A stretch of DNA of 64,000 nt from the human T2T-CHM13v2.0 reference genome, Homo sapiens: assembly GCF_009914755.1 (NCBI RefSeq), contig NC_060936.1. One strand, written 5' to 3'. The notes under the pieces were generated by a model. That model ran no database searches. It had not been told where the DNA came from and saw nothing but the letters and a program-made list of their open reading frames with translations. The translations under genes and the position numbers were made by a program. This document shows positions 1 through 11,020 of this stretch, piece after piece. Numbering within the stretch: position 1 is the first letter of the stretch; each line of letters begins with the position of its first letter.

Positions 1-418
1 TCTTGTTTACTTATTTATTTATTTTTCTGAGAGGTTGCTTCTCCAACGCAATCCATACTGGTTTCACTTAGTCTTTACCTAGGAATAAACCCATGGTTCT
101 AATTATAACTCTTGTTTACGATAAAATACCTTATCTTTTCAGTTTCAAGTGTCATTTCTAAAGATAAGTCATTTCTAAAGATCGGTTCCCAATCAAATCT
201 TGTTGATTCCTATTTTTATTACACTCTTTCAACTTGTCTTGCATAGAGTGACTTTAAATGGTCTTTCATGGATACCTATTAATCCTGGTTAAAGAGAGTT
301 TCCAACACTCAGAAGTACAAGGCAATTGGGGCTGTGGTGGGAGGAAGAACTAGGAGCCTCAAAAGTGAGGCAATATTCTATTTAAAAGTGAAATGTCCTT
401 GAAGTCCTCTTGGAGCAG

Positions 419-441
419 CCCCCACCCACCCGCCCACCCCC
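419..441 (-). other. Potential G-quadruplex / GC-GT box cluster
   Basis: Plus strand CCCCCACCCACCCGCCCACCCCC gives five G-runs with 1-nt loops on the minus strand. Confidence 0.55.
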
Positions 442-1214
442 GTCTGAAAGTGTTTTCCACACGTGAGCTGGAATCTCTGCTACAGACAAATATAGAAACA
501 AAATAAAGCTAACTCTTTCATCTCCACATCATGACATTTAAAAAAAAAACATATTCGCCTGGAAATGAAGATATATTTTATTTTTATATATTTCTTTTTT
601 GTTGGGAGTCTTTTTCTTATTTTAAAAAAACAATTTGTATGCCACAGACACATTAGCATTCTTGCTAGGGCTGCAGACTGTTCGAGATCACATCTTGCCT
701 GCATAAACAGGTATCTGGGATGCCTTAAACTCTTTCTGCTCAGCATCTGTGATGAAGCCCTAGATGAGACTTGGGCAGAAAACACAAAATCAGAATACGG
801 TAGAATTGGCAAGGAATGTAAGCAAACCAATTATACACAATTAGTTTCTGAATATCTAAATCTCTCCACTTCAGGGATTAGAAAAGGGGTCTATCTTTGA
901 AGTACCAGCTCTGCCTGCAGACTCCTTCAACCTTCTAACTTTAATTGACAATTGCACATGGTACAGCATTTCCCAGTTGACTTAGTTCTCAAGAATTTTT
1001 AATTAGAAGTTTTTCATCTGCTACATCTGGCAACTCAGTGCTTCTTCATACACTCCTTCCTCCATCTTTGTTTATTGTGTTAGTATTTTTAGAGAAAACA
1101 CATTCGGAACAATTTCTCTACACTCCATCTAAGCAGAATACGTCACCAGGTCAAAAGAAGGCAGCTTTGCTTGACAAGCGTCTTTGGTGTCTAGCCTTAG
1201 GGAAAGCGACATCA

Positions 1215-1542
1215 CAGCTCACATGTGACAGTAACTGGACTGTCTCCAGCAAGCAAGTGAGCTTGTGTCCCCAAACGTCTGCACCTGACAGCTAAATTGC
1301 ATGTGGCCTCTGAAGCATGTAAAATCTAACACCGTCAGCTCAATACTGAAATAAGTGACGAGCAAAGACCATTTTCCTTATGTAGCCACGATCTCTTTAA
1401 GCATGCAGTTGAATTGCTAGAGTAAAAGAAATGCTTTACATTCATTTGAAAATGCAAACAGGATTATTAATTGATAGTGATGATCACTGCTAAATCTACT
1501 AATGGTTTTCTCAACTCCCATCTGATATGACAAATGAAAGTG
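1215..1542 (+). repeat. Inverted duplication arm A (partner 2911-3235)
   Basis: Hand alignment of 1235-1542 to the reverse complement of 2911-3216: about 29 substitutions plus 2 indels, ~90% identity. Confidence 0.95.
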
Positions 1543-1992
1543 CTGAGAGGCTCAGATGTTTGATTCTTTTGTGGTAAAAAAAATAATTCCAATATGTATC
1601 TAGTTGATTCCTCATATGAAAGAGATGATTCTGTTTCTTTAGGCTTAGCTGTTAAATTCCCAAGTGAAAAAGCTATGCCACGTCTATGATCAATACATAA
1701 TTGTGTTTCGGCCTTCAAGTGCTCAAGGTCTGAGGTTGAAGAATTAATTTGCTGGTTGAGGTTAATAGAATGTCAATTAATTTCTTGGTATAAATGTCAA
1801 TACATTCAGTTAAGCCTTGTGATTTAAATATAATTAAAGATAAACTTTAAGTCAATGTTGGCTTTTTCGTTTTGGGTATGGTGAGGGATTTACTAAAATC
1901 TCAGAAAGCCACAGGGAAAAAGGATTTGATCAAGAAGTTTGCTTTTCTCATACAACCAGTTAGGCATGTTTGTTATCAGTTTCATGTGAAGG

Positions 1993-2128
1993 AAACAGAA
2001 TGAACTGCATCTTCTTTTATCTCAGGCTTCAAACATCCATCTATTAACCTTAACAGTTCATGTCACTCACGAAGAGTTTTTAGTGTGGAAAGTCATTTGT
2101 TCATCATGAACACTCTCCAGATAAGATA
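1993..2128 (+). repeat. Inverted duplication arm B (partner 3240-3352)
   Basis: 1993-2070 is the exact reverse complement of 3275-3352 (78/78); degenerate extension to about 2095 and 2118-2128. Confidence 0.95.
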
Positions 2129-2134
2129 GCAGAA

Positions 2135-2480
2135 TAAGCAGTGAAATGTAGTGGTTGAGTAAATGGACTTTAGAGTGAATTACACTTGGAATAGAATCCC
2201 GATATGGTATTAGTTGTGTTATACAATACTTAACTCCTTGAGCCTCAGGTTTTTAAACAATAAAATGGTCAATAATTGTAACTCTCTTTGAGTGATGGTC
2301 AGTCCTCTGGGTATAGTGTGCAGATGGTACACTGAACAACTCTAGGTGGTATCATTCACGTAGTTAATGTGGTACATCTTTAAATTGTTCAGTGTACAAC
2401 CTGTACAACTGTATGAGGCAGTCCTAGCACTCGCAGTGTTGATGAACTGAGATCATTTATGCAAAGTATTTAGGACTATG
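2135..2480 (+). mobile_element. MIR SINE interrupted by a MER91-like MITE
   Basis: MIR-like core (ACTTAACTCCTTGAGCCTCAGGTTTTTAAACAATAAAATGG), resuming after about 2430. Confidence 0.6.
2299..2427. mobile_element. MER91-like palindromic hAT-Tip100 MITE
   Basis: Internal inverted repeat GTACACTGAACAA / TTGTTCAGTGTAC with a central CATTCAC..ATGTG, resembling MER91. Confidence 0.6.
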
Positions 2481-2910
2481 CCTATGCAAAGCTTGTAGAG
2501 GGATTTGGGGAGACGTATAGCGTAATTTTGTAGTTGCAATCGGGAATCAAGCCTGAAATAAGTTTTGTTAGTGTTTATGGGGGCTAAGGTGATGTTAACT
2601 GCTATTCCCAGGAAAGTTAGTGCTTTTACCTCACTTTGTCTGGCATTGGATTCTGACATCTCCCCTCACCATGGGCCCTTATACAAAAATGGAAGGAGTA
2701 GACCTCTTACTCCTTGAAGAAGGTGCATTCATTCCAGGCATCATTATTGCAGGTGTTGTTCAAGCTGCTGGAATGACCACAATCGGAAAGGTCTCTGCAC
2801 TCATGGAGACCACATTCCAGTGGATGTGAGAACTCTGATGGAAATACACTGAAGGGAAAAACAGTCTCACCTAGACTGGAGAGGGTAGCTTATGTTTATA
2901 CAAACACTTT

Positions 2911-3352
2911 CACTTTCATTTGTCATGTCAGATGGGAGTTGAGAAAACCATTGTTAGATTTAGCAATGATCATCACTATCAATTAATAATTCTGTTTGCA
3001 TTTTCAAATGAATGTACAGCATTTCCTTCTACTCAGGCAATTCAACTGCGTGCTTAAAGAGATCATGGCTAAAGAAAAATCACCTTTTCTTGTCATTTAT
3101 TTCAGTATTGAGCTGATGGTGTTAGATTTTATGTGCTTCGGAGTCCACATGCAATTTAGTTGTCAGGTGTAGATGTTTGGGGACGCAAGCTCACTTGCTT
3201 GCTAGAGGCAGTCCAGCTGCCATCACAGGTCAGCTAAGGTATCTTATCTGACCTGTCAACACTAAAAACTCTCTGTGAGTGACATGAACTGTTAAGGTTA
3301 ATAGATGGATGTTTGAAGCCTGAGATAAAAGAAGATGCAGTTCATTCTGTTT
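2911..3352 (-). repeat. Composite inverted copy of arms A and B
   Basis: Reads rc(A) then rc(B); both matches seen directly. Confidence 0.95.
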
Positions 3353-3485
3353 TCATTCTCTTAGGTGCCTAATCTTTCCCTAAGATTAGGCACCAAAAAC
3401 CCTTATCAAGAGAGAATTTGTCTTAAGAGACTTGACTAGTCCTATCCAAAGCTAAGGCCTTAAGAACAAATTGGAGAATAATAAA

Positions 3486-3975
3486 TGCCCGTCTTAGGAG
3501 GGTTTCTTGAAAGCAGTCACCGGGGTAGCATTTTGGATGCAAGGTGTTTGTTAGGGATAATCACATGTCAAAGGAAGAAAGAGGAACCAGGATGGAGCAG
3601 GGGGAGAAGAGACCCCTTCTGCACTGAGATGCAAGCCCAACCAAGCCCCTGTCACCCCGCAGGGAGCCTTGGAGCAAGAACTGCGTGTAAGAGGATCCCA
3701 GAGGGCGAGGAGGCAGGCAGGTCTTTCTACCTTACCTCAATGTGTCAATCACTGGGTGTGTGCTTCTCTGGAAAGGGAATGACCTTGGATGAGGCAGCTC
3801 CTGGCACTAGAGGTAGAACTGATGTCTGAGAGGAGCTGAATGGAGGCTGTCTGCTGAGCACACGTGCCGCAGGGGGGCAGCCCAGCCTTCCTGGACAGGG
3901 AATCCAGGCAGCGCATCTCCTTCCCCCTGCAATGTCCACCCAGCACTGTCCACCCGCCCCGCACACCCACACCTA
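3486..3975 (-). mobile_element. Old ERVL LTR (LTR16-like)
   Basis: Resembles recalled LTR16 consensus (CCCCGCAGGGAGC..TGGAGC, GACCTTGGATGAGGCAGCTC). Confidence 0.5.
3861..3880 (+). promoter_or_regulatory. Candidate CTCF site abutting an E-box
   Basis: CACGTG (3861-3866) directly followed by CCGCAGGGGGGCAG, matching CCGCNNGGNGGCAG. Confidence 0.35.
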
Positions 3976-4202
3976 CCGAGAGAGCAGTCCCTCAGAGGGA
4001 ACTTCCCTAAACTTTAGTCACTCAGGGCTTGATGTACTCATTCTATATTTTAATAATTCATATAAAAATAATTCTTAAAAACTTCTTAAAATTACTAAAT
4101 AAATAAAATAATTAAAATTCTTAAAAAAAACACTCACCCGGATATTATCATATCATCTTGTATATTTTGTTTTAGTAAACACAGTCTTAGGGAAAAGCCC
4201 TG

Positions 4203-4628
4203 TGTTATTGTTTGGTCTGTGTCCCCGCCCAAATCTCCTGTTGAATTGTAATCTTCAATGTTGGAGGTGGGTCTGGTGAGAGGTGATTGGATCATAGGGG
4301 TGGATTTCTCATGAATTCTTTAGAACCATCCCCTTGGCACTGTCCTTGCAAATATGAGTGAGTTCTCACAAGATCTGGTTGTTTAAAAGCGTGTGGCACC
4401 TCCCTGCTCCCTCTCTCTTGCTCCTGCTCTGGCCATGTGACACGCCTGCTTCCCCTTCACCTTCTGCCATGATTGAAAGCTTCCCGAGACCTCCCCAGAA
4501 GCTGAGCAGACTCCAGCGTTGTGCTTCCTGCACAGCCTGCAGAACCACGAGCAAATTAAACCTCTTTTCTGTATAAATTGCCCAGTTTCAGGTCTTTCTT
4601 TATAGGAATGCAAGAATGGACTAATACG
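4203..4628 (+). mobile_element. MSTA-like MaLR solo LTR
   Basis: TGT..TGTGTCCCCGCCCAAATCTC start, ATTAAACCTCTTTTC..GACTAATAC end; near-TSD CCCTG/CCGTG. Confidence 0.85.
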
Positions 4629-5429
4629 CCGTGTGAGCTCTAGGACCAGGCATCGCTGGGATGCTCCTGTCCTAAGACGTGATTTGACAGGCATTAACTG
4701 AGGTCTTCTGGTGTGAAAGGAGCCACAAGTATGCAAAGACAGGGCCAGCATGGCTTTGAATGAGAGGCAGGGCAGGGTTCAACAGGAGGGGGCCGAGAAT
4801 CCTTCAGCAGAGAACAAATGAACCTCTTTCTCGGGGAACCACACACACAGAGAGATGGGCTGTCAACAGATGGGATGAATCTCTAGGAAGATGCTGTGGT
4901 TTTGGGGATTTAGGGTGGAATTCGCACTATGCCCAGTGGGAACGCTTGCCTGCTCACAAAAGAGCTGCAGTCCCGGAGGAAGCACGCAGCGAGAAGACAA
5001 GGATCTTCAGCCTCTGAGACAACGAATGGACTGTGCCACACCATGCTGACAGGCACTGAAAACCAACTGCATGGAGGACACCGGCTGAGCACAGGGTGGC
5101 CCATTTGACGGATGCGACTAGCAAGACCTGCACAAGACGACCCTCAGCCAAGGACAAAGCATGGTGCTGAAGCCTCAGTACAATTGACGCCTTCGTTTGC
5201 TGGTGTATAGAATAAAGTGCTTATTGTTTGTGGGATTTATTTACTTATTTATTTGCACATTATCTGTCTGTCTATCCATCTATCTGTGTACTTACCACTT
5301 TCAGGTGGCTAGTGGCGGGCAGGAAGGTATGAGTGAGAGAGGTGGCAAGAGAATAAACACTACACACATTTGCTTTCTTGAGTGTCCATGGATCCTTTCC
5401 TTTAGGGAACTTCCCCTCCCTGATGCATG

Positions 5430-6155
5430 TGCCTCAAATGCAGCAGCCAATTGCATTACAGGTGTGGGCATGGACCCAGGTTGTCCCAAAGACCCTGCCC
5501 CGCCAGTCTTCAGAGTCCCATGGGGAATACGACACTGGTGTGTGTGCCGGGGGAGCAAGGGTCTTCTTCAGGTGTGACGGGCTGCAAGGTCAAATGGATG
5601 GAGTTGCTTGTGGCCATCTCCGCGGCCAAGAGGATGAGTGGTAGCCAGAGGCAGAGAGAAAGGCCTGGGGACATAATTTGAATACTTGGATCCAGCCAGC
5701 ACTGATGCCAGTCCCAGCCCTGGATGTTTTTCGTTAGATAGATAGGTTAAGGAAGCTCTTTCTTTTTCCATTTCTTTTCTTTTTTTTTTTTTTTCGTTTT
5801 TTTGAGACAGAGTCTTGCTCTGTCACCCAGGCTGGAGTGCAGCAGTGCAATCTTGGCTCACTGCAACCACCACCTTCCCGGTGCAAGTAATTCTCCTGCC
5901 TCAGCCTTCTGAGTAGCTGGAATCACACGCACCTGCCACCACGCCTGGCTAATATTTGTATTTTTAGTAGAGATGGGGTTTAGTAGAGAGCCTGGTTGGC
6001 CAGGCTGGTCTTGAACTCCTGACCTCAAGTGATTCACCCACCTCAGCCTCTCAAAGTGTTAGGATTACAGGAATGAGCCACAGAGCCTGGTCTCTTTTTC
6101 CATTTCTTTAAAATTTGGGTTGCTGTTGTTTATAATTAAAATACCGAGTGACACT
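5430..6155 (+). mobile_element. Old MLT1 (K/L-like) LTR split by an Alu
   Basis: MLT1-type 3' motif (ATTTGAATACTTGGATCCAGCCAGCACTGATGCCAG). Confidence 0.45.
5778..6092 (-). mobile_element. AluS (Sx/Sz-like)
   Basis: Full dimeric Alu with poly-T and 17-bp TSD TCTTTTTCCATTTCTTT (5761-5777 / 6093-6109). Confidence 0.95.
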
Positions 6156-6245
6156 CCTGTTATCTGTCTGGTGGCTCAAAGCTAAAGAAATGTAATGTCT
6201 GTCATATGCAGTTAAAACTCCAACTGAAGATCTACATATGCAAAA

Positions 6246-6345
6246 TGTGTGTGTGTGTGTGTGTGTGTACACATACACAAATACATATGTATATATGCAC
6301 ACATCATGTATAAATACACCTTACACATATGTCTGTATATCTGTG
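6246..6345. repeat. (TG)n followed by (CA/TA) low complexity
   Basis: Directly visible. Confidence 0.9.
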
Positions 6346-6679
6346 TGAAATATTCCTTAACCCCTTCCACATTCTCCATCCTTGTTTGAGCTTATAAACT
6401 GTGTCCTATAACCACGTCTTTTGCATTACCATTCTGTTCATTTGTTTAATTTAAATACCTATTTGCATATTGGCTTCTTTTAGCAGCAAGTGAATGCTCT
6501 GAGGATAGGGAGTCTCTCTCCCTCTCTCCCTCCCTGCCTTCCCTTCTTCATTCCTCTCCTTCCTTTCTTCTGAACTGTTACTTATTATTATTATTTTTTT
6601 TACACTCCACCATACAGACCCCATAAGTTCTGGGTCCTCCATTGACGAGCATTCAGTGACTACCTGATTCGATGACTGT

Positions 6680-7160
6680 GGGCAGTGTTGCAAACTATTG
6701 ACTCAAAATCGGCTCCCTCTTTCCTCCTTACCAACAGAGACCAATTCATTCAAGTTGTCAACCTTTCCACCAAAAAAAAAAAACCCAAAAGGCTCTGACA
6801 TGAGGTCATGTGTATATTTCTGGCCAATCGGCTGTAAGCAGAAATCTACTTCACATAATTTTCAGAAAACAAGTTCTTTGCCTGATAAAGAGGTGCAGTT
6901 TTAGAGGACATGTATGCCTCTTATCCTCCCTGTTTCCTCGTTCCCACCTGGAATACTGATGTGATGCAGGAGGCTCAGCTGCCATCCTGTGACAGCGAGG
7001 CGGCACAGCAGAAAGATAGAAGGTTGAGACCCTGTGGTATCAATCAGCTGTGATACCAGCCAAGGAGTAGCTACCTTCATCTTCTTGTCTGAGATAAACA
7101 AATCCCAAAGTTTAAAGGCTATTCGACTTGGACCTTTGTTCTATGCAGCTGACTGACATC
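6680..7160 (+). mobile_element. MLT1 (I/J-like) LTR
   Basis: TTCTGGCCAATC..TAAGCAGAAATC, CAGCTGCCATCCTGTGAC and GAGATAAACAAATCCC motifs. Confidence 0.55.
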
Positions 7161-7908
7161 CAAACAGCATAGAGGGCACATGCCTCTCTCTGTATCTGGG
7201 CATATCTGTGGTGTCTGTGTGCAGACCTGCCAAAATACAGGAAACAAAGCTGGGAAAATAACGTGTGTCTTCCACGACAGAAGGTGACAAAGAGCTCACT
7301 GCCCACCTCCCTAATCGATGATCCACCTCTTTAAAATTTCATTTGATTAAATTTATCTGTTCCTCATGCTGCTTTTTTTTTTAAATTAATTCAGATATCA
7401 GTCCTGCTGTATTCACAGTCGGACACCTCAGTCTTGTCAAGTGGATTAGGTAGGAATCATGGCACTCATCCTATGAAACACTACATTCATCTTTGCTGGA
7501 ATGTTTGGGGATATGATGATAGGAATTGACCATCAGGTCTAAAATGCTCACAGGAAGCTGGGTCTCATCAGTGGAAGCTGGCTGCCTCTCTGTCTTTTAT
7601 TCTTGAAACATCCCACCTAGCCATTGAGAGGCTGTTTGGGGCAGATTTAAATAGTGGGGCTCTGTCTGCCAGAGGGCTAATTTGCAAAGATTGCTGCATG
7701 ATGAAAGTGACATGAGACATGACAATTGGATCTTTCAGCAGCAAAGAGAACAACTGAAGTACAAACTGTCATCTGAAGCTACAAATAGGAAAAGGGAGGG
7801 AAGAGGCTTCTCTTAAAAAAGAGATTAAAGCCAGGTGAGATCAAGCAATTTTCGCATGCTTGTAAGCTCTCTGTGCCTTGTCACATATATAAGGATATGG
7901 TACCGGGG

Positions 7909-8250
7909 AAGGGATCTCAAATTCAAATGCTGCGGAAGCCAGGTGGGTCACACAGTGGGAGCACAGCCAGCGTGGGACAGTGGCAGGGGTGGGGGCTGTG
8001 GCCAACTGTGGCCCTGATTCATGGGGCTCCCCTACCCAGATCCACCTGTCATTCTTGGATAGAATATAGGGTCAGTGTCTTCTGGTGTTTTTTCTCCAGG
8101 AGAAAGTCACAAATCTAGTTCTCAAACATTGAAAGCCTTGATTTTTAAACACTGTTCACAAATTCAAATTTTCTTAAAAACACCATGCAGGCCAAACAAA
8201 CAAGCCTTCACACAGGAATTGACACAAAGTCCTCTGGTGTGCAATGTCTT
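7909..8250 (+). mobile_element. MER102-like hAT-Charlie element
   Basis: AGGGATCTCAAATTCAAATGC start; AAAACACCATGCAGGCCAAACAAAC near the end. Confidence 0.5.
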
Positions 8251-8600
8251 CAGAGAGACATTGAGAAACATTTCATCCTCTGTTGCCCTGGAGCCATGAC
8301 AGTTAATGATTTTTAAAGAATTGTCCTTATTTTCACAAATCCATGGTTCCCAAATGAGGCCCGCCTGTTTGGTCTTTCGTGTGAATGAATGAATTGCTCC
8401 TTCACTCTACAGTGGCAGCTCTGCCAGCTGTGAGGCTTGGTGGGAGGCGGGAGGCTGGGATTCAGAGCCCCTTGCACACAGAACAACTTGTATAGTCAGG
8501 TTCATTTATGAATGGCCTCCATTAGGTTCCAGCCTTAGTGTTGAAGGTATAATCTTTCCCCTCCAGATTTTATATGAGTTCACTCTTCTTCATAAAGACT

Positions 8601-9165
8601 TCTATTCACAATAGCGAAAATATGGAATCAACCTAAGTGTTCATTAATGGATAAATGGATAAACAGATGTGGTTTATAGACACAGTGGAATATTAGCCAT
8701 AAAAAAAGAATAAAATTCTGTCATTTTCAGCAACATAAATGGAACTGGAAGTCATTATGTTAAGTAAACTAAGCCAGGCAGAGAAAGACAAATATTGTGT
8801 GTTCTCACTCATGTGGGAGCAGACATAGTGTCTCTCATAAAGGTAGAAAGTAGAATAATAGTCACATGGGGCTGGAAAGGGAAGATGGGAGGGGAAATAA
8901 AGAGAAGTTGGTTAATGAACACAAAAATACAGTTAGATAGAAGAACTATGTTTTAGTATTTGATAGTACAATAGAAAAATTATAGTTAACAATAATTAAT
9001 TATATGTTACAAAAAAATAGCCATAGGAGAAGAATTGTAACATTCTCAACACAAAAAACAGATAAATATTTGATGTGATAGACCCAATTACCTTGATTCG
9101 ATCATTATATTGTTGTAGGTACCACCAAAATATGTACAACTATGACAAATCAATAAAAAAGTACA
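8601..9165 (+). mobile_element. L1MA 3' end (5'-truncated)
   Basis: L1 ORF2 tail/3'UTR (CTATTCACAATAGC..GGAATCAACCTAAGTGT), AATAAA, flanked by AAAGACTT on both sides. Confidence 0.9.
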
Positions 9166-9227
9166 AAAGACTTGCTAAAACAAAGTCACACTGACTAAGT
9201 TTTCAAAAATATTACTTTTTAAATTAT

Positions 9228-9726
9228 TGTTGTTACTGTGGTGATGATGGTGGCAGTGATGATGATGATGAAGGTGGTGTTGGTGACGATGATGATGATG
9301 ATGGAGATAATGATGATGGTGGTGGTGATAACGATGGTGATGATTATAATGATGGTGACAATAATGATGTGATGATGGTGATGATGAATGATGATGGTGG
9401 TGATTATGATGATGATGATGGTGATAATGGAGATGATGATGATGTGATATTGATGATGGTGGTAATGATGATGATGATGTGATAATGGTGATAAAGATGA
9501 CAGTGGCAATGATAATGGTGGTGATTATGATGATGATTATGATGATGATGATGATGATGGCGATGATGGTGACAATGATGTGATGATAGTAACAATGATC
9601 ATGGCAGATTGTGGTGATGATGATGGTGGTGATGGTGATGGTGGTGGTGATGGTGATGGTTATGATGGTGTGGATGATGATGATGGTGACAATGATGATG
9701 TGATGATAGTGATGGTGATGATGATG
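9228..9726. repeat. Degenerate (GAT/GGT)n trinucleotide repeat, ~500 bp
   Basis: Directly visible. Confidence 0.95.
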
Positions 9727-9959
9727 GGGTGTTTAGAACTGGAAAACATGGAAGTCTATACATAGCTTTACGTATCTGCTGAACCTAGTTCAGTGTGTGG
9801 TGATATCAAGAGACTTTCCAAGTCTTGTCTGTCCCCATGTTTCTTGCTGTGTCACATCCATGAGTTGTGAGGCATGTTCTGGGGAATAAGATATATGCTA
9901 CAGCCCAGATCCTGAGATGCCAGCATTCTTGTTGTTGTGATAGTTAGCATGTGGACCAG

Positions 9960-10134
9960 TGTGATGGTCATTTTATATGTCAACTTAAGTTAGCTAAGGG
10001 ATGTCCAGGTAGCTGATAAATGTTGTTTCTGGGTATGTCTGTGAAGATATTTCTGGAAGAGATTAGCATTTGAGTTAGCAGACTGAGTAAAGAAGATGGA
10101 CCCTTACCAGGGTGGGTGGGCAACCTCCAATCCA
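9960..10134 (+). mobile_element. MLT2 (ERVL) LTR 5' part
   Basis: TGTGATGGTCATTTTATATGTCAACTT..GAAGAGATTAGCATTTGA..GACTGAGTAAAGAAGAT. Confidence 0.8.
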
Positions 10135-11020
10135 AAGCTGGAAATGCCAAGGAAACAGATTCTTCCTCAGAGCCTCTACAAGGAAGTAGCTCTGCCAACA
10201 GCTTTCCTTTACCCCAATGAGACTGACTTCAGATTTCTGACTCTAGAACTGCAGGAGAGCAAATTTGTATTGTTTTAGGCCAGGGGTCCCCAGTCTGTGC
10301 ACCATGGGCCAGAACCAGTCCATGGCCTGTTAGGAACTGGGCCACAAGGTAAGAGGTGAGTGGTGGGCTAGCAAGTGAAGCTTCATCTGTATTTACAGCT
10401 GCTCCTCATCGTTGATGTTACCACCTGCATTCCATCTCCTGTCAGGTCAGGATCAGCAGTGGCATTAGAGGCCACATGGTAGGAGGTGAGTAGTGGGCTA
10501 GCAAGTGAAGCTTCATCTGTATTTGCAGCCGCTCCCCATTGTTTATGTTACCACCCACATTCCACCTCCTGTCAGATCAGGATCAGCAGTGGCATAGATT
10601 TTCATAGGAGTGCAAACCCTGTTGTTTGCACTACAGGGATACTATGCTGTAGTGCAAACTATGCATGTGAGGGATCTAGGTTGTGTGCTCCTTATGAGAA
10701 TCTAATGCCTGATGATCTGTCACTGTCTCCTGTCTCCCCCAGATGGGACCATCTAGTTGCAGGAAAACAAGCTCAGGGCTCCCACAGATTCTATATTATG
10801 GTGAGTTGTATAATTATTTCGTTATATGTTACAATGTAAGAATAATAAAAATAAAGTGCACAATAAAGGTAATGTGCTTGAATTATCCCAGAATCATCCC
10901 CAAACTCCACTGGTCTGTGGAAAAATTGTCTTCCACGAAACTGGTTCCTGGTGCAGTTCCTGGGGACTGCTGCTTTAAGCCACTAAGTTTGTGGTAGTTA
11001 CAAAGGTCATAGGAAAAAAC
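10135..11020 (+). mobile_element. MLT1 (C/D-like) LTR 3' part interrupted by MER1
   Basis: AAGCTGGAAA..AAGGAAACAGATTC..CAGAGCCTC; resumes as CACTAAGTTTGTGGTA at 10981. Confidence 0.75.
10281..10972 (+). mobile_element. MER1A hAT-Charlie element with internal ~130-bp tandem duplication
   Basis: TIRs CAGGGGTCCCC / GGGGACTGCTG; degenerate 8-bp TSD TTTTAGGC / CTTTAAGC. Confidence 0.85.

Noticed and set aside
2299-2427. Hairpin as a novel ncRNA
   Set aside because: Explained by the palindromic MER91-like MITE
1235-3216. Bias of arm-A mismatches toward G-U-compatible pairs on the plus strand (about 16 vs 7)
   Set aside because: The ratio weakens to about 17 vs 10 when the alignment is extended and is confounded by CpG decay and strand mutation bias; not evidence of RNA selection by itself
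9219-9765. Poly-His / poly-Ile / poly-Asp ORFs
   Set aside because: Products of the (GAT/GGT)n simple repeat
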